From: Daphnia carinata | Taxonomy: Eukaryota | DNA: 64,000 nucleotides | Assembly: GCF_022539665.2 (NCBI RefSeq) | Contig: NC_081333.1 | Location: 7,564,001-7,628,000 of the forward strand | Direction of reading: 5' to 3' | Shown: positions 14,753-28,556 of the stretch, in pieces | Position numbering within the stretch: the stretch's first letter is position 1 | Layout of the letters: every line of letters starts with the position of its first letter | Made by a program: the position numbers and the translations under genes | Notes under the pieces: model-generated | Databases searched by the model: none | What the model was told of the DNA's origin: nothing | What the model saw: the letters and a program-made list of their open reading frames with translations, nothing else

Positions 14753-17700
14753 CCCCAAGCAAATAATACCCTTCCGTGGTTTATCGTTTAGCTTTTATAT
14801 TTTTCATTGGCTTGGCGTCTTTAAATTTTCAATATGAGAAATGCAATTTCATTAAAATAAACTTTTCAATAGTTTTTCCTTTTTAATTAATCCACCGCCT
14901 TGGCTCCCGTACGGACGATATTCGTGCATGGTAGATAAACGTTCTTCTTTTTTCTTCTTCGCCGTGTTGAAGCATACGGATATACGTCTCTCTTTATCCA
15001 TTCTTTTTTCTAGAGGACGAAGGTCGGAACGAATCAAAAAAGTTTTTTTTTTTTTTCTTTTCCTGAAAAACTTTGTTTTGTTTGTTTTTTTTCTCGTGTG
15101 TGTTTTGTTTTTTATTTCCCTTTGCTACAGTACGGAAAAGAACGAAAGAGACTGGACAATCATTTGACGTCGAGTTGCACATAGCGTAGCCGTCGTGGGG
15201 TGTGTTTTTTACCCCCTTATGTATGCTTCCTATCCGTCGGCGGGAGGGATGCGACTCCCCAGTGGTCCGTCCTTTTTTTTTTTTCCTCGTTGCTTTCTCG
15301 TCCTTTCTCATTATCGACTGTCGACCATGTTTCAGAACAAAACGTGACTTGTAGTTCCCTTGGCATTTCACTTTCTCTTTTCTATAGACCTACCCTCTAA
15401 CTATATAGCTCATATAATTCTTTGGTCTGTCGTGCCGGTGTGGACCAATGTTCTTCTTCTTTTTTTCAAAGGGGAAATCTTCCTTCTTTTTTTTTCCCCC
15501 TAGTTGTAGCAGGTCCCCCAATCCTGTAATTTCACTCCCTTTCCTTGTTGCTTCCAACTGTTACCTATCTTTTTTCACGATCAACCCATTTTTTTTGTGT
15601 TTTGACCAATGTCTCCGGACATTTTTTTTTGTTTTCCAGGAAGACTTGAATCAACTTTAACTTACATTTGGGATTGAAAAAAAAACGTAAGTCACGCACA
15701 AAGTCGTGACTTTAAAAATCTTTTTCAAAAAGGTGGCTGCTCTCTAATTTATTCGTTGCTATCGCATCGACTAATGCATGGCATTTGAAGTCAATGTAAA
15801 TGTGATTTGGCGCTTATTGAAAGGTCTATGCTGTCTGATGATTGATAAGTGCTAGGCTGTGTGTATGTCACGCCAGCTGACGATAAAAAAATAAATTCCG
15901 AATAGGGTCAATTCCTTCTTTTTTCCCCTCACACCGCACAAAATAAGAAAACAAAAAAAAAAAAAAGTTTAGTTTACATAACAGCAAGCCCTAATCCGAT
16001 ATATATATATATTTTTTTTAGTCTTCCTTTTTTAGGTGTGTGACGTATATAAAGGGAGGCTTTTGACAGGCTGCTTTTTTTTTTGCTAAGGTTTCTATAT
16101 GTTTAAAGAGACAGGCAGACAGGTGTGCCACAGTTAGCTAGGGAGAGAGGGTATGGTAAGCAAATAAAATCATCTTTTTTTTTTTTTTCAAGCTGAAGGA
16201 ATGAGAGAGAAAAAGGTAAAACCCCAAACCGATGGTGTGTGATGCAACGGTCACGTTGGCTGCCGCAACGTGTAGATGATCATTTGGTCAGAGAGAACGC
16301 ATTAGGAAAAAAAGGGGGAGGCGAAGACCCTGCAAAAAAAAAATATATATTTTTGTCACCAACACCTGGGGCATCCTTGTTTTTTTGGTTGTTGAATGTC
16401 ATCTAAACCCTCCTTTTTTCTTTTTGTTTTGTTCGTTGCGATGTAGCTTTCGTGGAATTATTAAATTGATCACGGCACCTTGAAACGAATGGCACGGGGT
16501 TCACTTCTTACGTCTTTTGACAATCCCTGCCCAGGTCGTCGTTCACACTTGCGCTGATAAAGCACGAAAGCGACTTGACATCTTTGTGACGACAAGAAAG
16601 ACGGGCAAATAATAAGAAAAAAAAAGCAAATAAGGAATTTTTCATGTATTTCTAAAACAACAAAATTGAAGGAAAAGAAGAAAAAAAAAAGTCTATCATC
16701 TTATGGTACGCTATAACAAACGCGGGGCAGACAAAAAAACATGACAGGAGCCAACAATAACGAGCCCGTCAAAAAGAAAAGGGAGCCCGTGCGCTGCTCC
16801 TCGTTTTGTTTTTCTTTGTTAAGATGTATAATGGCATCAAAAGCCATGAAACTGTCGCTGATAATATACGACTGACGCCCTTTAAATTTCGCCGTTACGT
16901 TACACTAACGTTCCATAGCGCACACACGCAGAGGCTATCAATTGAAAGCCCATCTCTTTCACATGTGTACACATTCTTACGGTAGTTACCTGGGTATGAA
17001 GTATGGAAGCCTTTTTCTTTTTTTTTTCTTGGAAAACGACGTTAAGCATTTCTTGCACATGTGGAGACAGCACACAATGAGGAAGCAAAGAGCGGACAAG
17101 AACAAATTATGAATGCGCGAAATGGTAAGCTCTAGATTGAATAGGGGAAACGAGCTGTTTCTTTGTATTCACGATCAGTTTAGTCAACACACGGGAAATT
17201 GCTTTCGAATGTTTCAGTTCATTCCAAAAATAAAGGATATGTTTTCAAAGACTCATAAGAGCAACCTAATAAACCGCCATCAAACTGGAACACTTTTGTA
17301 CGATACTTTGATCCGTAAAAAAGGGGAGGACAATTTCAAACACGGGGAACTAAATGTCATTTGTTTCTCTACGTTTATCGATTCCCAAGATCTACAGGCC
17401 TTCGTTTAAAATCACCTGATCTAATTTGCCTACCATTGACGCCCATTCCAATATTCTCCGCCGTCTTTTCTCTCTCTCTTTCCCTCTCAAACAGCCAAAG
17501 TTTGGTCTTTTTCGTTTTTATAGTTCCATTCTTTCATCTACGGACTTATCGATTATTTCATCTTAAATTCACGGTTTCCCTTACTATTTTTTTTTTTTTC
17601 GTGTTCTCGTCACTCCTTTATTTAAATCAAGTAAGAAAGGGTTGAGTGTGCAGCAATCGTCTGTATTATTACAATTTATTCCTTTTCATTTCTCGAGTTT

Positions 17701-18325
17701 CCCCTATTGCCTGTCTCTTTGTTTTATCCTTTTTGATTCTATTCGCTTTTTGAGAGAGTTGTACACATCAACGAAACATCGGCCTCTCCGTTTGGCACTT
17801 TTTTCTTTTTCTTTTCTCTTCAACACAAATAAGACACTGGGGCTTTCTCTCTGAAGCCCCGGGGCACTTGAATCTACGGCATGTTAAACACTACTTACTG
17901 TCTCTCGCTCTCTCATTCGCTCTGTACGAACGACTTGACTGTCAAACAAAGTTTGGTTGTTTTTCTTCTTCTTCGAATTCCCTTTTTTTCTTTTTTTCTA
18001 TTGCTCCACTAAAAAGGACATAAATATACAGTACGTTAGGAAAGCAAAAAAAAAAAAAAAAAAAAAAGAGAAGTTACATTCATGCCCTTCTGTTCTGTTT
18101 ATTCGTCCTTTTGTTTTTCCCCATCGTTCGGTCCTATTGACTAATCTCTCCGAAAATAGAGGCAAATTAAAGTCCGTGGATTTTATGAGCTCTTTATTTG
18201 TTAAAGGATCTTTGAAAGTGATATTGCGGGATGTGGCGTATAGCCTTATCCTTTTTTTTTCGGCTGTTGCTGCCTTCTCAATGATGACGTCTTTTGTCTT
18301 CCCTTCGAACGGCGTCTAAGAATAG

Positions 18326-18488
18326 AGGGAAACACACACTTAGGAAGCGTCATATGGTCAAGCACCCACGTTCCAAAAGCCTCAGCTTCGACAGAAAGCC
18401 TGATGAATGTTTGAAATGTCATGTACCTTTCGCTTGCAGAGGATATGCACAATATCACAAAGAGGCCCATACCTGTGCTCTACGTTGA
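18326..18488 (+). pseudogene. Orphan C2H2 zinc-finger fragment (end of one finger plus one full finger); either a pseudogene remnant or the terminal exon of an unresolved gene.
   Basis: Reads ...LRKRHMVKH-PRSKSLSFDRKPDE-CLKCHVPFACRGYAQYHKEAH-TCALR*. It has exact C-x2-C-x12-H-x3-H spacing (18408-18470) with the canonical Phe. Candidate acceptor AGs at 18319-20 and 18324-25 follow a pyrimidine tract. No partner exons found. Confidence 0.4.
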
Positions 18489-21400
18489 GTGTGAGTCCAT
18501 CAGAATTAGATGAGTGTTTGTTCTCTCACCTAACCTTCCATACAGTTAAAGCCCCAGAAAAAAATGCGAAGAGAAATGTATTGTTAAGGCCGTATGGTCT
18601 TTTAGTTTGCGAAGTGCTATATGCCGGAGCTGGGCCACCGTCTGAAACGCCATTGTTAAATGTCCCACGGCGCTTGAAAGTTGCGGTAATGATTCTTTCA
18701 CGGTCCTGGCCAAAAGGAATAAGGCCGACGAGAGACTGTGGATTCGATTTTTTTTTTATGACGTTTCTACATCATCATCGATCTCCCCTCTCCTCAATTT
18801 TCGAGCAGGGATATATAAACTGAGGAGTTACGGGGGTGTAGGATGTCTTTCACTGATGGCTCAAGGTAAATACTCGTGAAGAACTGTCAGCGCACCCCAC
18901 GTCAAACAGACGCACTGCTCTCGAAACGAGTAAGCAAAAAAAAAAAAAAAAAAGAGGGGATAAAACATGCGCATCATTTATTATTATTCCATCGAACCAT
19001 TTCTGTACATAGAGGGAGGTTACAGATCCTTTTTTCGCCGACATCCAATTTGTGCGGCTTAATCGAGCGTAAATCTAAAATATATTTAAAAACGAAATAA
19101 AACGTGGATTTATCGCCTTTATTTTGCCATCCGCATCTACGCGTCTGCTCATTCGCTTGGCGATGGTAATAACACCGGCGTTCGCGGTAAGCCTACGGAT
19201 CATTTATAATCAAAAAAATGATAAAAGGCAAAGAAAGAAAGTGAGTGTATAGAGTAATAGTCGTGGCGCAAGAAAAAAGGAAGTAAAAAGGTTAGCTGAC
19301 GTAACACATAGCTATAGAAAAGAGCAAATAGTGTAGGGCTTTTTCTGCCTTCTAGCGACGCAGACAGGTGTTGGAAGATGGGATTTTTTCCCAGCCGACA
19401 TTCGATCCTCTATTTTTCCTCGCATTTGTATGCCGTACAGGATTCAAGCCATTATGGCACGTTATACAACAACAAACAAACCTGCCAACCTTTCTTCTTT
19501 CTTTTTTTTTTTTTTTTTGCTTACTTTGTATTCCTGTTGATATTTCTACAACCATCGCGTATACACACACACACACACACACACACCTTTTCTTCGCTTT
19601 TCTATGTACAGGATGGCCAAACGCAGCAAAGGCAAACAGTCCCCCCCCCCCCCCTCCCGACGGGCGGTGCTCGCGAGCTGGGAATGGCGACTATCGAATC
19701 CATCTGTTGCTCTTTCGGTCGTCGCTCTCTCACGCCTCATACATATATAGATTTACAGACGTCGCTTCCCTCATGGCCGATTCCTGCTGACTTTCGACAT
19801 CTCGTTCGACTAATACGCCCTCCGTCAGTTCCACGTATTTTCTTGCACTGTTGCCGTCATAAATATTGACTCTATTCAAGCTCGTTCGTCTCGTGCCACT
19901 ATAGGGGAAAGACAACGTGATCCCTTTCTTTTTATTTCCTAATAGAGGGATTTTTGGACGTATTGGTTCAATAGACAAAGAAGAGGCTTCTCCGTTTACA
20001 GTTTGTTCCTTGACGTGGCATTAAAATGAAATGGCCAAGTTCTTCTTTAGTTCCCTCCTCCTCTTCTTTTCTTTTTTTTTTCGATAGGAAATAAAGAATC
20101 ATCAAGTCTCTCTAAAGGTCTAAACTGTAGAGCCAGTCAAAAGAAATTCCAAAAAGGAAGTCTTTCTTTTTCTGACTTTCGAGGATCCTAATAGAAAATG
20201 GGTCTCTCGGCTAACATGGGCTTTTTTTTTTCTGTTGTTTTCTTCCCCCTTCTTTTTTCTTTTTTGATTTCTTTTCCGTTTAATACTACCGGTGTATTTG
20301 TCTTTGCCTCCCTTTTTCTTTTTTTTTTTTACTTTCGTTTGTTCCCGACTCTTCTTTCCCGAAGTTCATATCCCACCTCTTTCTTCTTCTGTTTGACACT
20401 CACTGATGTGCCAACAGAAGCGATGATGATAGAAGGGGAAGAAGCACAACGAAAAAGAATGAGAAATTCGGCCCGTTTTCTTGTTGACTCCTCAGCTTCG
20501 GTCGCCCTCTCCCGCCCCCCCACTCGATTGGCAAAACGATTTGCTCCTTATATATAAATATACTTCTTGCCATTCGCTTTCCGCTTCCGAGAGAGCAGAT
20601 CCATCTCCGTCTATTACGCATTCGATGCGTTCAGTATCATACGCCGTCAAGCGAACACACAAATCTCTGTTGCTTAACTTGTTTTTTGTTTTTTTTTAGA
20701 TGTCAAACGCCAACATTTCCACAGTGGTTTTCAAAAATCATTTTGAAGCTATTTGCGTGAAACGTTTCATTATCGTGCGGCTCCCGCAAGGGAATGACGT
20801 TGAATAACATTTTCAATTGATATATTCTTATAAACAGACATTCAGACGCAGACAGAAGTTTCTTGTGGGAATTCTGTAAGAAACCGTAGACATAGCTGGG
20901 GAACAAAAAAAAAAAAGACAGAGAAGAATGGCGAGCGAAACTCTGGCAAACTGAGAAAAGAGGAAGTGAGCGGATGATGATTTATAATACCGCACTGTTG
21001 GAAAAACACTTGGCCCTGGACACGGAAAAACTTTTATCCCTTTTTTTTTTTTATTTTTTCTTTCTCTTTCATTTCTCTTGTGTGTTTTTCTTCGAAGCAG
21101 CGGGAAAGAAGAGGCACAGAGGCGGTGTGTACTTTGCTACTAGCAAGATCTCATTCTCAACCCCACGAGAACGCGACTGACTTGCTTGTCAGATTTGGAT
21201 AACAAACGATTGCGTTTTCTCTTATGCGTACTTGTAACTATCGCCTCTGCACCAGAAAATCTTTTTTTTTATTCACTCATACAAAAAGAAACCTTTCCTT
21301 CATATAGCTCTGCCTTTTGTTTTCCCCTTTCCGCCGAGTTCCACAGTCCTTTTCAGCGCAATCCGGCATCTATAGGCACATGAGGAATAAAAGCAAAAGA

Positions 21401-23405
21401 ATCCTGTTCTTCTCGCTGGGAAATGTCGGAGCATCAACAAGAGCGAGAGAATCTTTCATGATCAAACGTCCAGAGTTTCTTCTCCGGTCCATGTTCTTCT
21501 GTCTTTTGTTTTTCTGTACTACTTCTTGGGCCTCGCTGGTCCGCCGCAACATTTTGAAAGGACGATACCTATTCATTCGCTTTGGGTATTCACCGTTACA
21601 ATAGCCGTCGAATGTTTTGAGTCTTTTCATTTTCTTCTATCTCGCGAAGTTGAGACTTTGTTGATGTTTCTTAATGAACGATATATAGAAATGGTCCGTC
21701 TATAAACCCGGCCTGAACACACATCCATTGTCTTGCGGACGGGAAAGAGGAGACTTACTCCTCTCGCTGATTGTCTTCCGCCTCTTGTAGACGTTCAGAA
21801 ACGTAAACGGACGAGAAGAATCTTTCCCTCTGACGATGATTTTATTTTGATTGTTTTAATACACTTTTAGAAGTGCACGGGCGCTCGCCCGACCGATGCG
21901 GTTGGCTAACTTTTTCTTTTTTTTGATAAAACGCCTCAGGGAGAGATGATGAAGTGAGTTGCCGGAGAATATATATATATATATTTATGTAGAAAGCAAG
22001 ATGAATCGGCAGCTTTTTAATTGGTGGGCTTGAAGGGCGCGTAAGAGGGGGAAAGGAAATGGAGAGTGGGAGAAACTCGTGTCAACTCATAACTTGTGTA
22101 TAGGCTAGACTATTATAAACCAGGGACCTCCTTGCCTCCGTTGTATAATCTTCACGTTTGCCTATATAGGCGACTAAAAGTTTCCATCCATTTTCATAAT
22201 TGCGCAGCCGAAACACGGCACACACATACACACAGAGCGGAAGGACGAGAACGATACACGGAGCTTGGAGAGATAAATCTTTTCCACGCCAACGAATAGA
22301 CTGCAGCTATTTAAGAGAGATACGTAGGAGGAGTATCTGCATGCAAAGGTGTAGTATTAGCGTTGTTTGGTTAGCTGTTGATCAGGCCTGCATGCATAAC
22401 AAGCTTAAAAATTCATCAAGAACAAAACAATCAATCAAGAACAGTGCGCCGTAATAGACGAGGCGCTTTTCTATGTAGAGGCTGTTGATTCGTTGATGAG
22501 AACTTGACGTATAAAAAGGAATTTCCCCATCTGAATGTGGGAGGATGAAGGTTCCTTTTCCCCTGCCGGTGCACAAGAAATTGGTGTAAACGCTACACCT
22601 GTGGACACAGTGATACGAACGTGTCGTTATCTACCTCATAGAGTGGCTTTAATCTTGTGCAATTCAAAGTATTTAAATAATGCAATTTGTTTTGTTTGGT
22701 TAACTTAATTGATTTAATAAGTATTTGAATGAATTTCACTTTTAGATGTGGTCGGTTATGTACTTTATGGTTTTGTTTTAGTGACGTGAATGGATTTACA
22801 TAATTTTCTCGAATGCATATTGTTTTCTTTTGTGAATATTTTCGTTCTTTGCCTCCTTCCTCGAATGTTCCATAAAATTCTTGCCCCTGAGTCCTTTTTT
22901 CGTTAGGTTGACCTGTTGCAGCTCATTACCTGATGAATATTATGCGCAAATTTTGTCCCCCCCCCTCCCTACTCATAGTTCCCCTAAGAAGCTTGGCTAC
23001 CTTTTTTGTTCCTTCCCTTGCCTCTTTTCGAAGATTACCCAACCTAAGGGCTACAGGCAATGCATTTCCTCGAATTTTGGGCAAAACTGATCGAAATCCG
23101 CCTCTGCAAAAGGGAAGATTTCGAACAACAACGAGACGCTTGGTGAAAAGATAATCTTATATATTGTCGACTCAATTCAAATGAATAACTGACATTTTGC
23201 AGAAAAACTCTCTTTATTACAGGAATTTCTGACTCGATCGAAGCCAGAGATTCTCAATCCGCTTAACAACCGATTTCTCCGCCACAGGACGACCACCCAC
23301 CATCAAAACGACTCGCACAAACCAAAAGAAAGGCAAACAAAAAAATCCAAACGATGGAAAGAAGAAAAACAAAAAATAGCCTGCGCTTTAGATCTGAAAC
23401 ATTAA

Positions 23406-23436
<31 letters not shown>

Positions 23437-25876
23437 GGGATAAAAGGTGAACCAACAGAGTTAAGTCAATCCTATATATATATACGATGCTCTCTTGTAT
23501 CGAGCCCTATAGAAACACCTCGACCGGAATAATACCTTTAGAGCTTCGTTGTTTTCTCCCCTCTTGACTTCATTGATGCGCACGAGGAGGGGATGGCATC
23601 CAGCTTAGAAAGAGACAGGGCATTATTATTACCTTCTCTTTTTCATTCCCCCCTTTTTCTATATACATTTTTTATTTATCCGTTTACGCGAAAACAGTTA
23701 CGTAATATTTCTTCCTACCGTCATTAACACTGAAACCAAAATGAATGGCAGCATCTCAGTCAGTAACAGTTTGGGTTATGCCATAGCTAAAAAACGAATG
23801 CCAGGGTTCACTTTTAGAGGTGGGCGTTTGCAACAACCAACTGAGGCAGCAACAGGCTTTGAATTGCCAGGGTCAGTATAAATCTGTGGGATATAGAAAT
23901 GTATATATTTATCCGCAAGTAGAGGAATCAACAAGTCCGCTCGCAGAGAGAAACAGAAAGAATGGCGCTTCATATGAATGTGGGTATCAACGTTCTATAG
24001 TCTCATAGGCGGCGGATATACATTTACTTTATATATAAGAATGATTACTATATACAGCCACTATACAGTATATGTGTACTTTATGTATTTATATATATAT
24101 ATATATATATATACAGTATATATTAGATGGTGTGAGGAAAGAGAACAAAACAAAAAGGAGGGGGAGGAGAAAGAGGGAGAGCCCTATTTCGGCGACGAGT
24201 TACGATCTCGAGTGGGAGCCGTGTCCAATCTTCCGAGCTTGTCCGCGTCCGAAATGCTGCAGCGGAATAAAGGCTTCGTTGCAGCTCTGTTGATGCACCA
24301 ATGAGGGGAGGATACTATATAGCCTATACATATATAAAACTCGGTCGCGACGCCCAACTTTCCTTTTTATGCTCTGTCATTTATTGCCTTTTTTTTGTCC
24401 TCTCTTCTTCGGTATTTATTTTTTGTATTTATTTTTTTTCTCGGGCAACAGCTCTCTTTATTCTCTGCAACGGGTACGGCTTGATATATATATATATATA
24501 TATATATTCTTCTTTCTTCACTAGATATTGATAGAAAATTCCCAAACACATCCACGCAGGACCCCGCGAGCACAATGCGCTATTTCTTTCTCTATGTCTA
24601 AATCCCTTTGGCGATTGGGTGCGCATCATCGGCCATCTAATCACGCTCAACACCCCACAAACAAAGTTGTTTTTGGCCCGTTTCTACTTGTAACAGATAC
24701 ACACACACATCTCCTTTATGTTTTTTAGCTACTTTTTCTCCGCGATACGCATCGAAATGAGTTTTCCAGATGATTGCAGCTCTAGTCCAACCGGCATCAC
24801 TGCGTGTATAAGACTTGGGACGGAGTCATCGTGAAATTTCATTTGTCTCTTATTGTTTGGGCTTTATTTAACCCAACAGCTCGATGAGTTCTCACGCTCT
24901 TTCAAGTCAATAAGTATATATACGAAAAAAAAAGCTTTAAATGATTTTGAGAAGATAAAACGCCATCGTCAATATCGCCCTGCATTTCGAAGAGTAATAA
25001 CCCTAAACATGGACGCTGTGGGCTTTAGCACGAACGGCGCAAAAGGGGCGGGTGCTTCCCTTCTTTGGAACATATAGTTGAGTGCATCAGGTTCCAGCAA
25101 AGCACGTCACTGTTGCTGCAAACTCTCCCCTTTGCGTGATGAAATAGAATTGACCGAACCGAAATTTTCAAACCCTACGCGCTATATATATATACCGACA
25201 TTTGGGCTGTATAGCCCGTACGAGAGACCTGCCACATTTGGGAGCACCTAAGGGAAATAAAATAACAAATTGATGTCCGCTCTTAAAATAATTTCCCCTT
25301 CATTTATTTATTTTTTGTTCACATATACCCGAAAAAGGAAAGCGAAAGAGAAAAAAATAATAGGAGTTGGTGGAATCGTGCGAGCGCGTGGCAAGACTCA
25401 GTAACTACTGGCTTTCCTTCGCTTTAAACGGGGAAAGAGAGGTGACGATGGATTCCGATCACGAAATGCAGAATGGCCGCATCATTTCGATTTGTGGTTT
25501 AATCGAAAAAACTGTCTTTCTCCTCCCCCCCCCCCCGCCGCAACCTTCCGAGATGTGCTGCATCTACCAACGTCTATGACGAAGATATTTGTCTGCGGGG
25601 CGAAGAAACATTATGGGATGATGATTAGATGTTGCATCTATATTTGATAATAGAACACGTACGAATAGAATCGCGTGTCCCTCGATCGCAGTTTACGTCC
25701 AATTCCCAATCCATTAGTCAGATGACGAGGAATTCTATTTGATTTGAGGCTGTTTTTTTTATATAGATCGGCTCTTTTCCTGTGTAAGACGTCGTAAAAT
25801 AAGAAGCGGTTGCCTTCAAGACCTGTCACCACACTTTTATTTTTATTTTTTACCTTCGCAGGAAGTGAATAAACTA

Positions 25877-25908
25877 GTAAGGGTATTACGTAATAATAAT
25901 ACCCTTAC
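25877..25908. repeat. Perfect 12-bp inverted repeat with 8-nt spacer
   Basis: GTAAGGGTATTA-cgtaataa-TAATACCCTTAC. Confidence 0.8.
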
Positions 25909-28556
25909 GGCTTAATGCGCAGTTCGTTCCACTTTCGTTTGCCTTTGTTTTTTTACGGACGGCTATTTATTTCGTGATTGAAACAAACGCTAACGAAACC
26001 CACCGAAGCGGATATTTAAAATTAAAAAAAAAAAAATCGGAAACTAAGTAGGGATGATGAAGGAAACTATGAATTAGCATTAGTCCATGGGTCTTACCAT
26101 AATAGAGGCAAAAGTCTTTGAGAAACGTTAAGAGCGTTATTTGGTAGTTAAGTCGATCGGATAGAAATAGAATCATCTCTTATTAATTACTTGGAATTTG
26201 GCTCGGCAAAAGGCAAAACGAATAACAAAAATTACACAACCAACCAATTGAATTTCAAACACTTGAGATTTAAAAAACATCCTTTGCATTTGTTACTTTC
26301 ATTCATGTAGCTGACGACAAAGCTCCATTGTTGTACAAAGGTTGAAACCATCAGGTAAAAGAGCAGAAAAGCTAATCCCATTTCCTTAAGGAAGTGAATT
26401 TGACGTTGGGATGTTGTTGAACAGACGTCCAAACTTGACAGCAATAATTCTGCCGACATTGAAGACAACAAAGATGGATGACATAGACTTTAAATGTGTA
26501 CATATAAATTACATATTGTGATCCAATTTGAAGACGCCTCAACAGGTGACAGGGGATAAGAGATCAAGATTCTTGTAAGCTTTTTTTTTCCCTTCTTCTT
26601 CCTCCCTCACATCCCCCAAGAGGATACACACTCTCTTTCTCGGCACTCGACCAACAGAAAGACCGAGTCTTTTCTCTCACTCACACATCCTTTGCTGTAT
26701 AAAGCTGTTGCCGTCAAAGAGCAACAAAGAGAGATGGCAATCAATAAACTACATCATTCTGTTCTCTCCTCTTTTCCTCCCCCGTTTTTTTCTCACTGCT
26801 TATATATCGGCCATGTTCGGTCCAAAAGTACCGACCAGCCGATCATTTTTTCATATCACCTACTTCCAGTAGGAAACTCCGTGTCACGTAGCATCAATGA
26901 TTCACGCTTGCAACCTTGGACTCTTTTATTTTCGTCGGCCGTATACTAGAATTCTACGCAGACGTTCTTCATTCTACTACCAATCGTCTTAGAGTTGTTA
27001 GCGTAGACACAGACTCCGTTTGCCCTTTAAACTTCAGTGAGGTCCTCGTCTAGGCGACGGACACGATCGATAATCTAGGCTCGCCGACTAGTTGCTGTCC
27101 ACAAAAGGAAATTCAGATTTATTTGTATACATTTTCCGTTCTTCTTCTTCTTCTCTTTTGGTCTGTGCTAGAGTAACGGCCGCTGTTTTCCCTCTTCAGT
27201 GTCAACAGCGTCGTTGGGAGAGGGGGGGAGAAAGAGAGGGAAAATAAAAAAGCTGTGCTGCTTTTCCCTTTTCTTTTTTGTTCCCCCTCCCCCCTCCGTT
27301 GTCTGTATTGGGTAGGGAAAACAAAAAGTAGAGGGGAAGGACTGGGTGGGGTTAAACGCAACATCAACTGGGAAAGGGGCGAAAGTGATGCGCATGTGCG
27401 AGCAACAGTCGATCGCTGAGCCGCTGCTGCGCCACAAGAGCCTCGACTAGTTGAGTGCCGCTCCCGAATCCCGTTGCGCCGTTAGTTGGCCGCTTCTAGG
27501 TGGGGCTGCACGGCACACGAACCACACACACACACAACAGGTCGTCGTTTATTTCGCATCATTGTGCACAAAGAGTCCTGCGTTCACTCCAACTGAGCAG
27601 TGACAACACCGTCTCCATCCACGTCTGTCAATCTTCCAATTTCCCCAGTTTTTTTTTTACTCGCCAGCCGAACTCGCCTTGTCTGTCAGTGACCAACGAT
27701 CCAACTGTTAGGGTGGGTGTGTGTGTGTGTGTGTGCCGCTGCTCTGTACATCTGCTGTGTGTATTCAGCTCGCTTGGTAACAAGAGCCCCCCTCCATTCA
27801 ATCCGTGACACGGTCTCTCTCTTCTTCTCGTTGGATCGATCAAAGAACTGGCCAGTAAACCAGAAGAAGGTCAAGGGTTTCTCGTCTTTTCGACAAACAC
27901 ACACACACACCTTCACCGGTAGCATCTTGTTAACAGGTGGGTGTTCACGCAAAACCGATACTCTTCTCTTTTTTTTCTTTATCCGCCCGAGAACACGACG
28001 TTCACGACTACTGGGGGTCGATAGATAAAACAGACCAAAAGGAAAAAAGATAGGATAGATTTTGATACGATGCACGCAGTTCTTTAATAGAGAGAAATAT
28101 TTTTTTTTTTAAACAAAAAGGAAGTTTGTTTTGTCTATACCGAACTGTCAGATTACCCTCTGCTAGACGACCAGGAGGGTATACTCGCGTCTGCTTGAAT
28201 AATAGTAGAAAGAGAAGAAGAGTGAAAACGAGGGGAGTGTGTGTGCAAGACCAGTTCTATACCAGCGGGTAAGAACGTAGTGGGGAATTGAAGAAAAGAA
28301 AAAAATCGACCGAGTTCGCCAGTAGGAGCGGAGGGGTAGAGCCCAAAAAGTTGTAAGCCCTTTAGGGGAAAGAACTGACTAGGCACGTATAGAAAAAAAA
28401 AAGAAAAACTAGGAACGGCCGTAGTGAGTAAAAAAAGAAAAAAGTGCCATTCGCATGAGTCATGTGCAATAGCGGTCGACGAAGGAACAGCAACAACAAC
28501 AGAGCGTTAGTTCGGTGCAAAGAGGAATCAGGATAAGAGCAGTCCATCACCTCCAG

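Noticed and set aside
811..28400. Dozens of 60-190 aa ORFs in the upstream region
   Set aside because: They are dominated by poly-F/K, CV and LS repeats translated from homopolymers and microsatellites, often start at non-ATG codons, and show no domain motifs.
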